Shown piece by piece: positions 1 to 15,556 of a DNA stretch of 55,682 nucleotides. The DNA comes from Acidimicrobiia bacterium (GTDB lineage Bacteria; Actinomycetota; Acidimicrobiia; Acidimicrobiales; JANYDT01), in NCBI GenBank assembly GCA_031406385.1, contig JANOHI010000019.1:1-55682 (forward strand). The letters run 5' to 3'. Each line of letters opens with the position of its first letter. Position 1 is the stretch's first letter. Both the position numbers and the translations under genes were made by a program. The notes below the pieces were generated by a model that made no database searches, was not told where the DNA came from, and saw nothing but the letters and a program-made list of their open reading frames with translations.

Positions 1-1
1 C

Positions 2-2779
2 GGGTATCCGCCGGAGATGCTCGATCTCGATCTCGATCTCGAAGCGGATCTGGGTATCGATACGGTGAAGCAGGCTGAGCTGTTCGCCACCGTCCGCGCC
101 GCGTATGGCATCGAACGTGACGAGAAGCTCAAGCTCCGTGACTATCCGACGCTCCAGCATGTGTTGGGCTTCGTCCGCGACCGCGCCCCCCAGTTCGCCA
201 CCACCGCACCTACTGGCGAGACCGACGGCAACGAGACATCGGGTAACGAGACACCTGCCGGCCCCGCAACCGTCCCGTCGGACGACGTTGCCTCCGGGTT
301 TCCCCGACGGGTGCCGATCGCGGTGCTGCGTCCGACCCTCGGTGCGTGTGCTGCGACCGGGGTAGACCTCGGCGCCGGTACGCGCGTGGTGATGATGGCG
401 GACCTGGGCGGCGTGGCCGAGACCCTGGCTGATCAGCTGCGCGAGCGCGGAGTGGAGGTCCTTCAGATCAACGGTGCACCCAAGGCGAAGGCGCTCGAGA
501 CCCAGCTCGCCAAGTGGCGTGGTGAGGGTGCCATCACCGGTGTCTACTGGCTGCCCGCCCTGGACGACGAGGGCCCCTTCGCCGAGCTGGAACCGTCGGC
601 CTGGAAGGAGGCCACCCGGGTGCGCGTGAAGCTGCTCGCCACCACGATGCGGGCCCTCTACGACGACATCGCCCCGGCGCACACGTTCCTGGTGAGCGCC
701 ACGCGGATGGGCGGCCGCCACGGCTACGACGCAGGCGGGGCGCTGAGCCCGATGGGCGGTGCCGTGCGGGGCTTCACGAAGGCCTACGCCCGTGAACGCG
801 GCGACGCTCTCGTAAAGGTGGTCGACGTCGCTTCTGCGGCCACGCCGGCCGATATCGCCTCGGCCCTCGTGGACGAGACCTTGGCCGATCGCGGGGTGGT
901 CGAGGTCGGCCGCACCGACGACCAGCGCTGGTCGGTTGGGCTCGCCGAGCAGACCGTCACCGCCGATGAGAGCCGATCGCTCGGTGCCGACAGCGTCATC
1001 GTCGTCACCGGGGCGGCGGGCAGCATCGTGTCGGCCATCACCGCCGACCTCGCACGGGCATCGGGGGGGACCTTCCACCTCCTTGACCTCACGCCCGAAC
1101 CCGATCCCGCGGACACTGACGTGGAGCGGTTCGTGTCGGACAGGGACGGTCTGAAACACGACCTGGCCCAACGGATCACCGACCGGGGCGATCGCGCCAC
1201 ACCCGCCCTGGTCGACCGCGAGCTGGCCCGCATCGAGCGGCTTCGCGCCGCCCACGACGCCATCGAGGCCGTCCGCTCGGCCGGCGGCACGCCGCTCTGG
1301 TACCAGGTGGACCTCACCGATGCCGACGCCGTGATGGCCGTCATGGCGACGGTGCGCGGACGGAGTCCCGGCGTGGACGTGCTGCTGCACTGCGCTGGTC
1401 TGGAGATCAGCCGCTTCCTCGCCGACAAGCCGCAAAAGGAATTCGACCTGGTCTTCGACGTGAAGGCCGACGGCTGGTTCCACCTGCTGCGCGGCCTCGG
1501 CGACACCCCACTCGGTGCGGCCGTCGTGTTCAGCTCCATCGCTGGGCGATTCGGCAACGGTGGGCAGACCGACTACAGCTCGGCCAACGACCTGCTGTGC
1601 GCATCAGTATCCAACTTCCGCACCAGCCGACCCGGCACCGTCGGCATCGCCATCGACTGGACGGCGTGGGCATCGATCGGCATGGCCAGCCGCGGGTCGA
1701 TCCCGAAGATGATGGCGCTGGCGGGCATCGACATGCTCCCGCCGGAGATCGGTATCGCGGCGGTGCGCCACGAGATCACCGCATCCGGCCCCGGCCGGGA
1801 AGTGGTGGTCGCCGGGCGCCTCGGGCTGCTGCTCGACGAGCGCGACGAACTCGGTGGACTCGATCCTGCGGCGGCCACCGGTGATCTCGGCGTACTCGGT
1901 CCGATGATCGGCGACGTGGCCGCATGGACACTTCGCGACGGGATCGTCGTGCGCACCACGCTGTACCCGACCGTGCAGGGATTCCTCGACGACCATCGCA
2001 TCGACGGCACCCCGGTGCTGCCCGGAGTGATGGGCATCGAGGCGTTTGCCGAGACGGCCGCGCTCGCCGCCCCCGGTTGGTCGGTGGTCGCGGTCGAGGA
2101 CGTCGAGTTCCTGGCGCCGTGCAAGTTCTATCGGGACGAGCCACGGACGCTGGAGATCATCGCCCAGCTCCATCCCGATGGTGATGAGCTGGTGGCCGAG
2201 TGCCGACTCGTCGGCCGTCGGTCGCTGGCCGGCCAGGGCGAGCAGGTCACCACGCACTTCACCGGCCGGGTGCGACTCTCCGCCGAACCGCCCGGGCCCG
2301 GTGAGACCGCGGTGGTGGCGGAGCCCACGGGCTCCGTCGTGACGCCGCAGGAGATCTACCGGGTGTACTTCCATGGGCCGACGTACCAGGTGCTTGCCGG
2401 CGCCTGGCGGGTCGATGAGGGTGCTGCGGGACGATTTGCCGCGGACCTCCCGGCCAACCACGATCCGAGCGATCGGCCGACGTTGATGGATCCGCGGCTG
2501 ATCGAGCTGTGCTTCCAGACCGCGGGCATCCATCAGCTCGGCACCACCGGCACCATGGCCCTTCCCCATCGCGTCGCCCGGGTCGTCGTTCGGCTGGGCT
2601 CTGGGACGGGCGGGTGGCGCGCCCTCGTCACCGCCGTCGGGGAGCACGGGGGCGCCGATGCCGTCGTCGTGGACGCTGACGGCGTGATCCGAGTCGAGCT
2701 CACGGGCTACGAGACCATCGCCGTCCCGACTCCGGTCGACGACGACGCCCTCGTCCCGCTGCGCGAGGCGATGACCTGA
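2..2779 (+). CDS. PfaA-like iterative type I PKS/FAS, C-terminal part (ACP - KR - DH); 5'-truncated by window edge
   Basis: Frame is open from base 2 ([26 protein letters not shown], PfaA-type ACP signature). KR with [34 protein letters not shown] motif [14 protein letters not shown] (HxxxGxxxxP). Confidence 0.88.
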   Translation, partial: GYPPEMLDLDLDLEADLGIDTVKQAELFATVRAAYGIERDEKLKLRDYPTLQHVLGFVRDRAPQFATTAPTGETDGNETSGNETPAGPATVPSDDVASGFPRRVPIAVLRPTLGACAATGVDLGAGTRVVMMADLGGVAETLADQLRERGVEVLQINGAPKAKALETQLAKWRGEGAITGVYWLPALDDEGPFAELEPSAWKEATRVRVKLLATTMRALYDDIAPAHTFLVSATRMGGRHGYDAGGALSPMGGAVRGFTKAYARERGDALVKVVDVASAATPADIASALVDETLADRGVVEVGRTDDQRWSVGLAEQTVTADESRSLGADSVIVVTGAAGSIVSAITADLARASGGTFHLLDLTPEPDPADTDVERFVSDRDGLKHDLAQRITDRGDRATPALVDRELARIERLRAAHDAIEAVRSAGGTPLWYQVDLTDADAVMAVMATVRGRSPGVDVLLHCAGLEISRFLADKPQKEFDLVFDVKADGWFHLLRGLGDTPLGAAVVFSSIAGRFGNGGQTDYSSANDLLCASVSNFRTSRPGTVGIAIDWTAWASIGMASRGSIPKMMALAGIDMLPPEIGIAAVRHEITASGPGREVVVAGRLGLLLDERDELGGLDPAAATGDLGVLGPMIGDVAAWTLRDGIVVRTTLYPTVQGFLDDHRIDGTPVLPGVMGIEAFAETAALAAPGWSVVAVEDVEFLAPCKFYRDEPRTLEIIAQLHPDGDELVAECRLVGRRSLAGQGEQVTTHFTGRVRLSAEPPGPGETAVVAEPTGSVVTPQEIYRVYFHGPTYQVLAGAWRVDEGAAGRFAADLPANHDPSDRPTLMDPRLIELCFQTAGIHQLGTTGTMALPHRVARVVVRLGSGTGGWRALVTAVGEHGGADAVVVDADGVIRVELTGYETIAVPTPVDDDALVPLREAMT

Positions 2780-2780
2780 G

Positions 2781-8101
<5,321 letters not shown>

Positions 8102-8105
<4 letters not shown>

Positions 8106-8770
8106 GCTCCACCGGGTGGCTGGCGATCGCCGACGCCGAGGTGCCCGACGGCGACGCTTGGCTCCATCCCGACGAACGCGCGGTGCAGACCGTGCTGCGC
8201 ATCGACAAGCGGCGCCGCGAGTGGCGCATGGGCCGGTTCGCGGCTAAGCACGCGGTGGGCGCATGGCTCGGCGAGACCCCCGACGACATCGTGGTGCGCG
8301 CGGCCGACGACGGGGCGCCGGAGGCCTTCCGACACGGACGCCGGCTGGCCGTATCGCTGTCGATCAGTCATCGGGCGGGACGGGCAATCGCCGCCGTGGC
8401 CGACTGCCCGGTGGTGGTGGGATGTGATCTGGAGGTCGTCGAGCCGCGGTCCGACGCGTTCGTCGCCGAGTGGTTGGCCGAGGCCGATCAGCAACGGGTG
8501 GTGGCGGCCGGGCCCGACCGCCACCGCATGGCAAACCTCATCTGGACCGCCAAGGAGGCGGCGGCGAAGGTGGAACGCGAGGGTCTGCGACTCGATATAC
8601 GCGCGCTTACGGTTGACATCCATGACTCCCCCGGTGCCTGGCAATCCCTTCGGGTGAGTTCGCCCGATGGCACGGCCCTCGACGGATGGTGGTCCGACCA
8701 CGACGGCTTCGTGATGTCCGTTGTGACACGGCCAAACTGCGGCCCACCCCGACCGCTGCATCTGGGCTGA
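8102..8770 (+). CDS. Sfp-type 4'-phosphopantetheinyl transferase
   Basis: Motifs SLSISHR, VGCDLE, WTAKEAAAK; 4-bp GTGA overlap with the carboxylase stop. Confidence 0.9.
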
Positions 8771-8952
8771 CCGCCCAGATCCCGCTGCGCTTCGCGGAGG
8801 TCACCTGCGGGATGGCCACGAACCCGTCGAGGTGCGGCTCCCCGCTGCGCCGTCGGACCCGCGCATTGTTTCGGCCAGCTCGTGGCGCAGGGCTGGAGTT
8901 GACGTACAGAAACGAACGAGGTCAGCGCCGGATCCGGCGGCCTCGCTGTTCG

Positions 8953-9459
8953 TCAGCCGGAGAGCCTGACAAGTGCGGCGACCGTGTTCATGTTCCGGGC
9001 GGTGCCCTTTGCCGCGGCGGGGATCTTGAGCTTCGAGTCGGCCATGCCGTCGCCGTAGTGCACGTAGATCACGCGTTGTCCGAGGGCAAGCTCTTCGTTC
9101 TGTCGACCGCTCACTCGATCCAGTGCCGTGGGCGGCGGCGCACTGTCGAGAAAGATCGCCATCGTGTGGTTCGGGGCGCGATCGGCGAACGGATTCTCCC
9201 CAAGTGCCGTCGCCATCTCCTCGGGAGTGAGCACAACCACACCGACGGGCTTCCCGGCGTATTCCGCGAGCACGTCGTTGAGGTCCCTCTGCACCTCGGA
9301 TGCCGAGGACGCACTGGCGAAGACCACATTGCCGCTGGCGATGTAGGTCCGCACGTTGATGAAACCGACCCGCTCGCACATCTCACGCAGGTCAGCCATC
9401 GGAAGCTTCCCCGTCCCGCCGACGTTGACCGCGCGCAGGAGCGCCACATAGGTGTTCAT
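8953..9459 (-). CDS. DUF1697 family protein
   Basis: YVALLRAVNVGG, VRTYIASGNVVF and TARNMNTV are typical of the family; start placed at ATG 9459. Confidence 0.85.
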   Translation of the reverse strand: MNTYVALLRAVNVGGTGKLPMADLREMCERVGFINVRTYIASGNVVFASASSASEVQRDLNDVLAEYAGKPVGVVVLTPEEMATALGENPFADRAPNHTMAIFLDSAPPPTALDRVSGRQNEELALGQRVIYVHYGDGMADSKLKIPAAAKGTARNMNTVAALVRLSG

Positions 9460-9589
9460 CGCCGTTCCCCGCACGTTTCCGTTGCTTCACGACGGGAAGA
9501 ATTTCGGGTGCGCACGCCCAGGACCGTACTCGTCGAAGGCTCGCATCCACGTTCACGTGACCTCGCAACGGGAGGTACACCGGATTCGC

Positions 9590-10243
9590 TCAGCGAAACG
9601 ACCCCGACCGGGCGAGCCCGACCGCATCGGTGATGGCGGCGAACACCTCGTCCTTCGACGGTGTGGCATCGATGCGGACGACCAGCTCCTTGCGACCGAA
9701 CACGTCGATCACCGGCTCGGTCTTCGCGTAGTAGTCGGCCAGTCTTCGCGCCAGAGCCTCGGGAGTGTCGTCTTCGCGCTTTTCGAGGCCTCCACCGCAC
9801 ACGTCGCAGACGTCGGGGACCGCTGGACGGTGCGCGATCAGGTTGTAGTCGAGCCCGCACCGCGAGCAGACCCGTCGCGACAGCACCCTCCGCTGGACCT
9901 CGTCGTCGGGCAGATCGAGCACGATCGCCGCGTCGATGTCGTAGCTCTCGAGGAAGAACTCGGCCTGGGGCACGTTGCGGGGAAAGCCGTCGATCACGAA
10001 CCCGTGGTTCCAATCGTGTTGTTCGAGTCGATCTCGGACGACACTCTCAACGATGTCGTCGCTGACGAGATGGCCGGCATCGACCAGTCGTCGAACCTGT
10101 GCGCCGAGCTTGGTGTGGTGGGCGATGTTCCAGCGGAAGATGTCACCCACACTGATGTGCTCGAGTCCGAAGGCCTCGCACAGCTTCGAGCTCTGGGTGC
10201 CCTTCCCACTGCCTTGCACCCCCATGATCACGAACTTGCGCAT
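9590..10243 (-). CDS. adk: Adenylate kinase (Zn-lid type)
   Basis: P-loop GVQGSGKGTQ, HISVGDIFR, GFVIDGFPR, lid CSRC...CDVC, REDD. Confidence 0.9.
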   Translation of the reverse strand: MRKFVIMGVQGSGKGTQSSKLCEAFGLEHISVGDIFRWNIAHHTKLGAQVRRLVDAGHLVSDDIVESVVRDRLEQHDWNHGFVIDGFPRNVPQAEFFLESYDIDAAIVLDLPDDEVQRRVLSRRVCSRCGLDYNLIAHRPAVPDVCDVCGGGLEKREDDTPEALARRLADYYAKTEPVIDVFGRKELVVRIDATPSKDEVFAAITDAVGLARSGSFR

Positions 10244-10334
10244 CACCACATCGTGGCACCCAGCCACTGGGGGACGGACACGTCAGGATCGCCGAAAAAC
10301 GAGCGAAGACAGGGTTCGTTGGTAGATTGACGCC

Positions 10335-10766
10335 GTGGCGGACGACCAGGCGAGCAGGCAATCGCTGCCGAACGCTCCAAAGGATCTCAATCATCAGTTC
10401 CTGGCGTCGCTGCCGGATGACGGTCCCGTGGTGATGGTCAACCTGGTCCGGTTCCGTGAGCTTTCGCGTGATGGAATCGGCAGTGGGTGGGACGCATACT
10501 CCCGCTACAGCAAGGCGGACATGCCTTTGCTCAAGGGGGTGGGCGGAACCGTCTTGTGGGCCGGACACGTCGAGGGTGCGGCCTTCGGAGACCTCGGCGA
10601 TGACCGTTGGGACTGGGTCGTCGTGGTCTGGTACCCGTCGCGCTCGGCGTTCCTCTCGATGATGACGTCACCCGAGTACGCGCTCGCCAATGTCGATCGG
10701 GAGAACGCGGTCGAGGATCACGTGATCCTCGCGGCCAAACAGTCGTATTCGAAGTTTGCGGTCTGA
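10335..10766 (+). CDS. DUF1330 family protein
   Basis: PVVMVNLVRFR, WDWVVVVWYPSRSAFLSM pattern; TAGATT -10-like hexamer 6 nt before GTG. Confidence 0.8.
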   Translation: MADDQASRQSLPNAPKDLNHQFLASLPDDGPVVMVNLVRFRELSRDGIGSGWDAYSRYSKADMPLLKGVGGTVLWAGHVEGAAFGDLGDDRWDWVVVVWYPSRSAFLSMMTSPEYALANVDRENAVEDHVILAAKQSYSKFAV

Positions 10767-11083
10767 GCAGGCGCTTGTGATGCGTTGACTGCGCATGTTG
10801 CGGTCGACGATGGGTTGCTCGCGTTGAACTCCCACCCAGCCCGGTTTGCAGGCTGACTCCGGCGCGAGCCAGGGCGACTCGATAGTCGCAAACCCTGACA
10901 GGTAGCTGCTCGATTTCCGGCGTTCGGCAACTCCCGCCAGGGCGCACACAGTCGGTTGATGCAGGCGCGCGGTCTGCCCACCGTGGGGTATCGAGTGGTC
11001 GTATCGGGTGCCCTCGATCGGCAGTTCGGGACTCGCGAGATCCGTCGCCGAGCGGCTGCCGGGCTCGGCTCGACCCACGTGCG

Positions 11084-12220
11084 TCAGAGGTTGAAGCGGC
11101 CCCGGGCATAGGCGCTGAAGGCCTCGCCACTGAAGGCGATGTGCTGGTTGGCGGTGTGGATGTCGCGGAAGCACCGTTCGAGGGGGTGTCCCGCATACAC
11201 GATGCCTGCACCCGCGTAGCCAAACGCTAAGTCGACGGCCGTGATCGCCGCATCCATGGCCTGCTGGCCCGCCAACGTGAGCCGGCCTAGCTGGGCCGGC
11301 GTCGCGGCCGCCCCGGTGTCGATCGTTGTCCAGGCATCCTCGATCGTGTGGTGAACGAAGGTCTTGGCGCTCTGGAGCACTGCTTCGGCTCGGCCGACGT
11401 CGAACTGCACGCGGGGGTCCTCGGCGATGGTGGATCGGCTGCCACCTCGGCGCTTGGTCGGCGCGAGTTGGGTCAGCTCGTCGAGGGCGCGGCGGGCGAC
11501 GCCAAGCGGGAACCCGCTCATGAGCACCGACAGCAGGGGAAAGAACCCCAGCTGCCAGAGCGGCCCGTCCCGGCGTGCGGGATCGAGCATCGGGGCCGCC
11601 GAGTGTTCGGCGGGGATGCGGAGTTCGCGGACCTCGATGTCGTGGCTACCGGTGCCGCGCAGGCCGGTCGAGTGCCAGGTGTCGTGGATCTCGGCCATCC
11701 CAGCCGGGAAGTAGGCGAACCGCAGGTCGGGGGCGCCGTCGGGCCGTGTGGCTGGTTGGTCGCCGTCCATGACGACGACGCCGACCTGGTACCAGTCGGC
11801 GTGGATGCAACCGCTGTTGAACGGCCACCTCCCGTCTATGACGAGGTCGTCGCGGTTGCGACGGGCACGACCGAGCGGGGCGAACATGCTGGTTGAAACC
11901 ACGTCCGTGGATTCGCCGAGCATCTCCTTGGCGGCGCTTGGCTCGAGCCATGCGAAGAAGGCGGTCGAGTTGCCTATCAAGACGGTCCATCCGGCGGACC
12001 CGTCGGCCCGCGCAACGGTCTCGATGGCCGTGACGATAGTGATCGGGTCCACCTCCAGACCGCCGAGATCAGCAGGCATGGCCATCCGGAACAGGCCCTC
12101 GGCTCGAATCCGTTCGACCAAGTCGCGCGGCATCGTGCGGAGCCGCTCCGCGTCGTCAGCGCCCACACTTGCAGAGGCGGCAACCCGTGCTGCGCCTGCA
12201 ACGAGGTCTTCACCGGTCAT
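11084..12220 (-). CDS. Acyl-CoA dehydrogenase-fold flavin-dependent monooxygenase (HsaA/C2-HpaH-like)
   Basis: GRWPFNSGCIHADW, DTWHSTGLRGTGSHD, ERCFRDIH. The start could also be 12232; the upstream part of the track ORF overlaps tetR. Confidence 0.85.
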   Translation of the reverse strand: MTGEDLVAGAARVAASASVGADDAERLRTMPRDLVERIRAEGLFRMAMPADLGGLEVDPITIVTAIETVARADGSAGWTVLIGNSTAFFAWLEPSAAKEMLGESTDVVSTSMFAPLGRARRNRDDLVIDGRWPFNSGCIHADWYQVGVVVMDGDQPATRPDGAPDLRFAYFPAGMAEIHDTWHSTGLRGTGSHDIEVRELRIPAEHSAAPMLDPARRDGPLWQLGFFPLLSVLMSGFPLGVARRALDELTQLAPTKRRGGSRSTIAEDPRVQFDVGRAEAVLQSAKTFVHHTIEDAWTTIDTGAAATPAQLGRLTLAGQQAMDAAITAVDLAFGYAGAGIVYAGHPLERCFRDIHTANQHIAFSGEAFSAYARGRFNL

Positions 12221-12277
12221 GGGCATCTCCATATTCGGGGCAGTCTTAGTGCCTTCATATGGCCTATCATGGTCCCC

Positions 12278-12955
12278 ATGAGCGATCCCGTCAAGGCGCA
12301 ACGGTCGGCACAACCGAACCGGCGCTACGACAGCCCGGTGAGACGCGAGCGCGCCCTCGAGACCGAACGACGGATCCTGGCTGCCGCCGAGACAGCGTTC
12401 GCCGAGAACGGCTACGTCGGCACCTCGCTCGACACCATCGCCAACGCGGCCGGCGTGAACCCCCGCACCGTCTACAAGGTGTTCGGCACCAAGGTCCGTC
12501 TGCTCAGCCGCCTCGTCGACGTCTCGATGGTCGGCGACCAAAGCGCAGTGCCAGTGGCACGGCGGTCATGGGCGCTCGATGCGTTCCAAGCACCGACCGG
12601 CGTTGAACGAGTCGCTGCGTTCACAGCGGCGACCCGCCGGGTAATGCAGTCCGCAGGAGGTGTGTTCCGCACCGCCGCTCAGGCCGCGGTCGCCGACCCC
12701 GACGCCGCCGCCCTTTGGCGCCTTGGACAGGATCGACGTCAGCAGGACGCCGCCGCCTTCGTCGCCGCCCTCCACGACGCCTCGCAGCTCCGATCCGATC
12801 GAACGCCCGACGAGGCCACCGCGTCCGTGTGGCTCCTCACTTCCCCGGAGACCTACCTGCAGATGACCCATGGCCTCGCCTGGGACCTAGCGCACTACGA
12901 ACAGTGGTTGCGGCAGTCGATGTTCGACCTGCTGCTGGGACACGAAGCCCTATGA
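12278..12955 (+). CDS. TetR family regulator, divergent from the monooxygenase
   Basis: HTH ILAAAETAFAENGYVGTSLDTIANAAGVNPRTVYKVFGTK; TATCAT 7 nt before ATG 12278. Confidence 0.9.
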   Translation: MSDPVKAQRSAQPNRRYDSPVRRERALETERRILAAAETAFAENGYVGTSLDTIANAAGVNPRTVYKVFGTKVRLLSRLVDVSMVGDQSAVPVARRSWALDAFQAPTGVERVAAFTAATRRVMQSAGGVFRTAAQAAVADPDAAALWRLGQDRRQQDAAAFVAALHDASQLRSDRTPDEATASVWLLTSPETYLQMTHGLAWDLAHYEQWLRQSMFDLLLGHEAL

Positions 12956-13209
12956 GCTCAAGCGTCTGGCGTCGCGCACCCGAACGCCTGATCGAGGGCG
13001 GACACTTCGCTCGGCCCAGCGGCGTCGCAAATACACGCATACCCGGCGCTGTGCGTGCGCTCCACGCGTTTTGGGCTGCAAGCCCGAGTCGGCAACGAGC
13101 ACTCGTAGGAGTCGCTCTCGGGCATCCCGGGAGAGACGCGGCTTCCGACCACGATCTGTTCAGCAGACTTCGAAGAAATTCCTGAATAGCCACCCAAACA
13201 CGCCGGAAC

Positions 13210-13231
13210 TGTCATACCCACTTCGTACACT
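13210..13231 (+). promoter_or_regulatory. RecA-NDp/PafBC-type DNA-damage promoter (leaderless) of the HNH gene
   Basis: TGTCA-tac-ccacttcg-TACACT fits the spacing of the mycobacterial consensus tTGTCRgtg-N8-TAnnnT; ATG lies 7 nt downstream. Confidence 0.55.
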
Positions 13232-13238
13232 TGTACGC

Positions 13239-14621
13239 ATGGACTTTGCTGTGGCAGACGAGCTCATCGGCGACCTTCGCCGAGTACACATCGCAGTCGC
13301 CGACCAGCGCGCCACGATCTCCTTCCTCTCCCGAGTCCAGCGGCTGCGCGGGTTCCTCGACGCCCTCGAAGTCGAAGCGGCACTCCGACTCCACGAGCTC
13401 AGCCCCACCGCACCGGCCGAGCTTGCCAAAGCCACCCAGCGTCATGCCCGCGCCGGCGATCAGGTCTACGAACGAGCCGCCACACTCACCGCCGTGCCAT
13501 CGCTCACCGCACCCCTGGAGAGCGGAGCGTTGCAGGCGGCCCACGTCGACACCGTCACCAAAGTCCTGCGAACCATCGACGAGAAGCACGCCAACGCGTT
13601 CGCCGCAAGGTTGCCGGAACTGATCGATGATGCGGCGGCCACAAACGCCACGCCCGATGACCTTGCGCGCGCACTGAACCGTGCCGCACGTGCACTCGAG
13701 AACGACGACGGTATGACCCGCTTCACCCAACAACGGCGCGACACCGCATTGCACACCTGGACGGACAAGCGAACCGGCATGTTCCGGCTGTCGGGCCGAT
13801 TCGACCCCTTGAGCGGCGTCAAGCTGCACAACCACCTCCAGGCCATGGTCGCCGCGCTGTTCGCCGAACGCGTCCCGTCCACCTGCCCAACGGACCCCGG
13901 AGCGAAACAGGACCACCTCCGCGCCCTTGCGCTGCTCGCGCTCATCATGCAACAACAGCAGTCCGTCGGTCTCACGGTAGTTCCGAACGAACCGGAAGGG
14001 TCGTCGGACAAAGCGTGCAACGAGGACAACAGCGACGGCCATGCAAGGGGGAACGACTGCCACACCGACGACAACCTCGACGAATGGTCGGAGTCCTTCC
14101 GGACCGGACCGAGCAGGCTCGGTCGGCCCGAGATCGTCGTGGTCGTCGACGCCCGCCAAGAAACCCTCGACGCCAACCGCGGATCGCCCGTCGTCGACTG
14201 GGGACTCCCCATCGAACTCCCACCGCGAGCGCTCGAAGAACTGTTCCAGCGGGCCGACGCCCACCCCGTGATCGTCCACAACGGCGTTGTGCTCCACGCC
14301 CCCGGAGAGATGAACCTCGGACGCACCACCCGCCTCGCATCCCGGGCACAACGACGCGCCCTCCGAGCGCTCTACCCGACCTGTGCCGTGCCCGGATGCT
14401 GCGTGGCGTTCGAGTTCACCAAACCGCACCACGTCCACTACTGGGAACACGGCGGACCCACCGACCTCGCCAACCTGCTCCCCGTTTGCAGCAAACACCA
14501 CCACGCAATCCACGAAGGCGGCTGGAAACTCACCCTCCAACCCAACCGCCACCTCACCATCACCCTCCCCGACGGCACCATCCTCACCACCGGACCACCC
14601 GTCCGACTCCAGGCCGCCTAG
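13239..14621 (+). CDS. DUF222 / 13E12-repeat-like protein with C-terminal HNH endonuclease
   Basis: LGRTTRLASRAQRRAL, CAVPGC, HHVHYWEHGGPTDLANLLPVCSKHHHAIH. Confidence 0.88.
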   Translation: MDFAVADELIGDLRRVHIAVADQRATISFLSRVQRLRGFLDALEVEAALRLHELSPTAPAELAKATQRHARAGDQVYERAATLTAVPSLTAPLESGALQAAHVDTVTKVLRTIDEKHANAFAARLPELIDDAAATNATPDDLARALNRAARALENDDGMTRFTQQRRDTALHTWTDKRTGMFRLSGRFDPLSGVKLHNHLQAMVAALFAERVPSTCPTDPGAKQDHLRALALLALIMQQQQSVGLTVVPNEPEGSSDKACNEDNSDGHARGNDCHTDDNLDEWSESFRTGPSRLGRPEIVVVVDARQETLDANRGSPVVDWGLPIELPPRALEELFQRADAHPVIVHNGVVLHAPGEMNLGRTTRLASRAQRRALRALYPTCAVPGCCVAFEFTKPHHVHYWEHGGPTDLANLLPVCSKHHHAIHEGGWKLTLQPNRHLTITLPDGTILTTGPPVRLQAA

Positions 14622-14875
14622 ACGGCGGCTCGCCGACCCGATGTCACCACCTCAGCTCGTCGCTTCCAAACCGACCATCGTCGAGCGGTCACCCGTTTCT
14701 AGACAACCGAAACCACGGGCGGCCGGCGGCGATTCCATCGCTCTGCGCAACCGCGCTCCCGACGGAACACGGGCGGCACCGATCGGAACCCGCAGCCGCC
14801 CCAGGCTGTCCCGAGCCCGAGTCGAAGCGCGAGCCCAAGTCCAAGTCCGACGACAAGCCCGCACCAAGACCGGGG

Positions 14876-15553
14876 TCAGAACAGGCGCAACACGTTCGAC
14901 GGACGGTCGCGGAGCTCGTCGTAGTCGACCTCGACCCACGCGATGCCGCGGTCGGTGGCGAGCACCTTCGCCTGGGGCTTGATCTCCTGGGCCACGAACA
15001 TGCCCCGCACCGGTGCGAGCATCGGATCGCGGTTGAGGAACTCCACGTAGCGGGTGAGCTGCTCCACCCCGTCGATCTCACCGCGGCGCTTGATCTCGAC
15101 GGCCACCGTTCGCCCTTCGGCGTCCTTACACAGCAGGTCAACGGGTCCGACCTCGGTCGGGTACTCGCGTCGTACGAGCGTGAGACCCGGCGCAAGCATG
15201 TCCGTACGTTCACTTAGCAGTTCCTGCAGCTCGGCTTCCACGCCCTCCTTCTGCAGACCGGGATCGATGCCGAGATCGTGGGCGGAGTCGGAGTGGATCT
15301 CGTGCAGCGTGATCCGCAGGGTCTCAGCCTTCGGGTTGGTCACGACCCACTCCCCCGAACGTCCGTCCGCAGCCATGGTCTCGCGCACGGTGTTCGGGGC
15401 GGTCATCCAGTTGAGCGGCTTGTAGGCACCGCCGTCGGAATGGATGGCGACGCAGCCGTCGGCCTTGACCATCAGCAGACGGGTGTGATCCGGCAGCGTG
15501 GCCACGAGCCTGCCCTCGTAGACCACGGTGCACCGGGCCACAACGATCCGCAT
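14876..15553 (-). CDS. nucS: Mismatch-specific endonuclease NucS/EndoMS
   Basis: [55 protein letters not shown]. Confidence 0.95.
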   Translation of the reverse strand: MRIVVARCTVVYEGRLVATLPDHTRLLMVKADGCVAIHSDGGAYKPLNWMTAPNTVRETMAADGRSGEWVVTNPKAETLRITLHEIHSDSAHDLGIDPGLQKEGVEAELQELLSERTDMLAPGLTLVRREYPTEVGPVDLLCKDAEGRTVAVEIKRRGEIDGVEQLTRYVEFLNRDPMLAPVRGMFVAQEIKPQAKVLATDRGIAWVEVDYDELRDRPSNVLRLF

Positions 15554-15556
15554 CCG

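Noticed and set aside
20-43. ctcgat hexamer repeat
   Set aside because: It simply encodes LDLDLDLE of the ACP motif.
10767-11083. 317-bp gap between convergent genes with small hairpins
   Set aside because: No recognisable ncRNA, repeat or convincing ORF.
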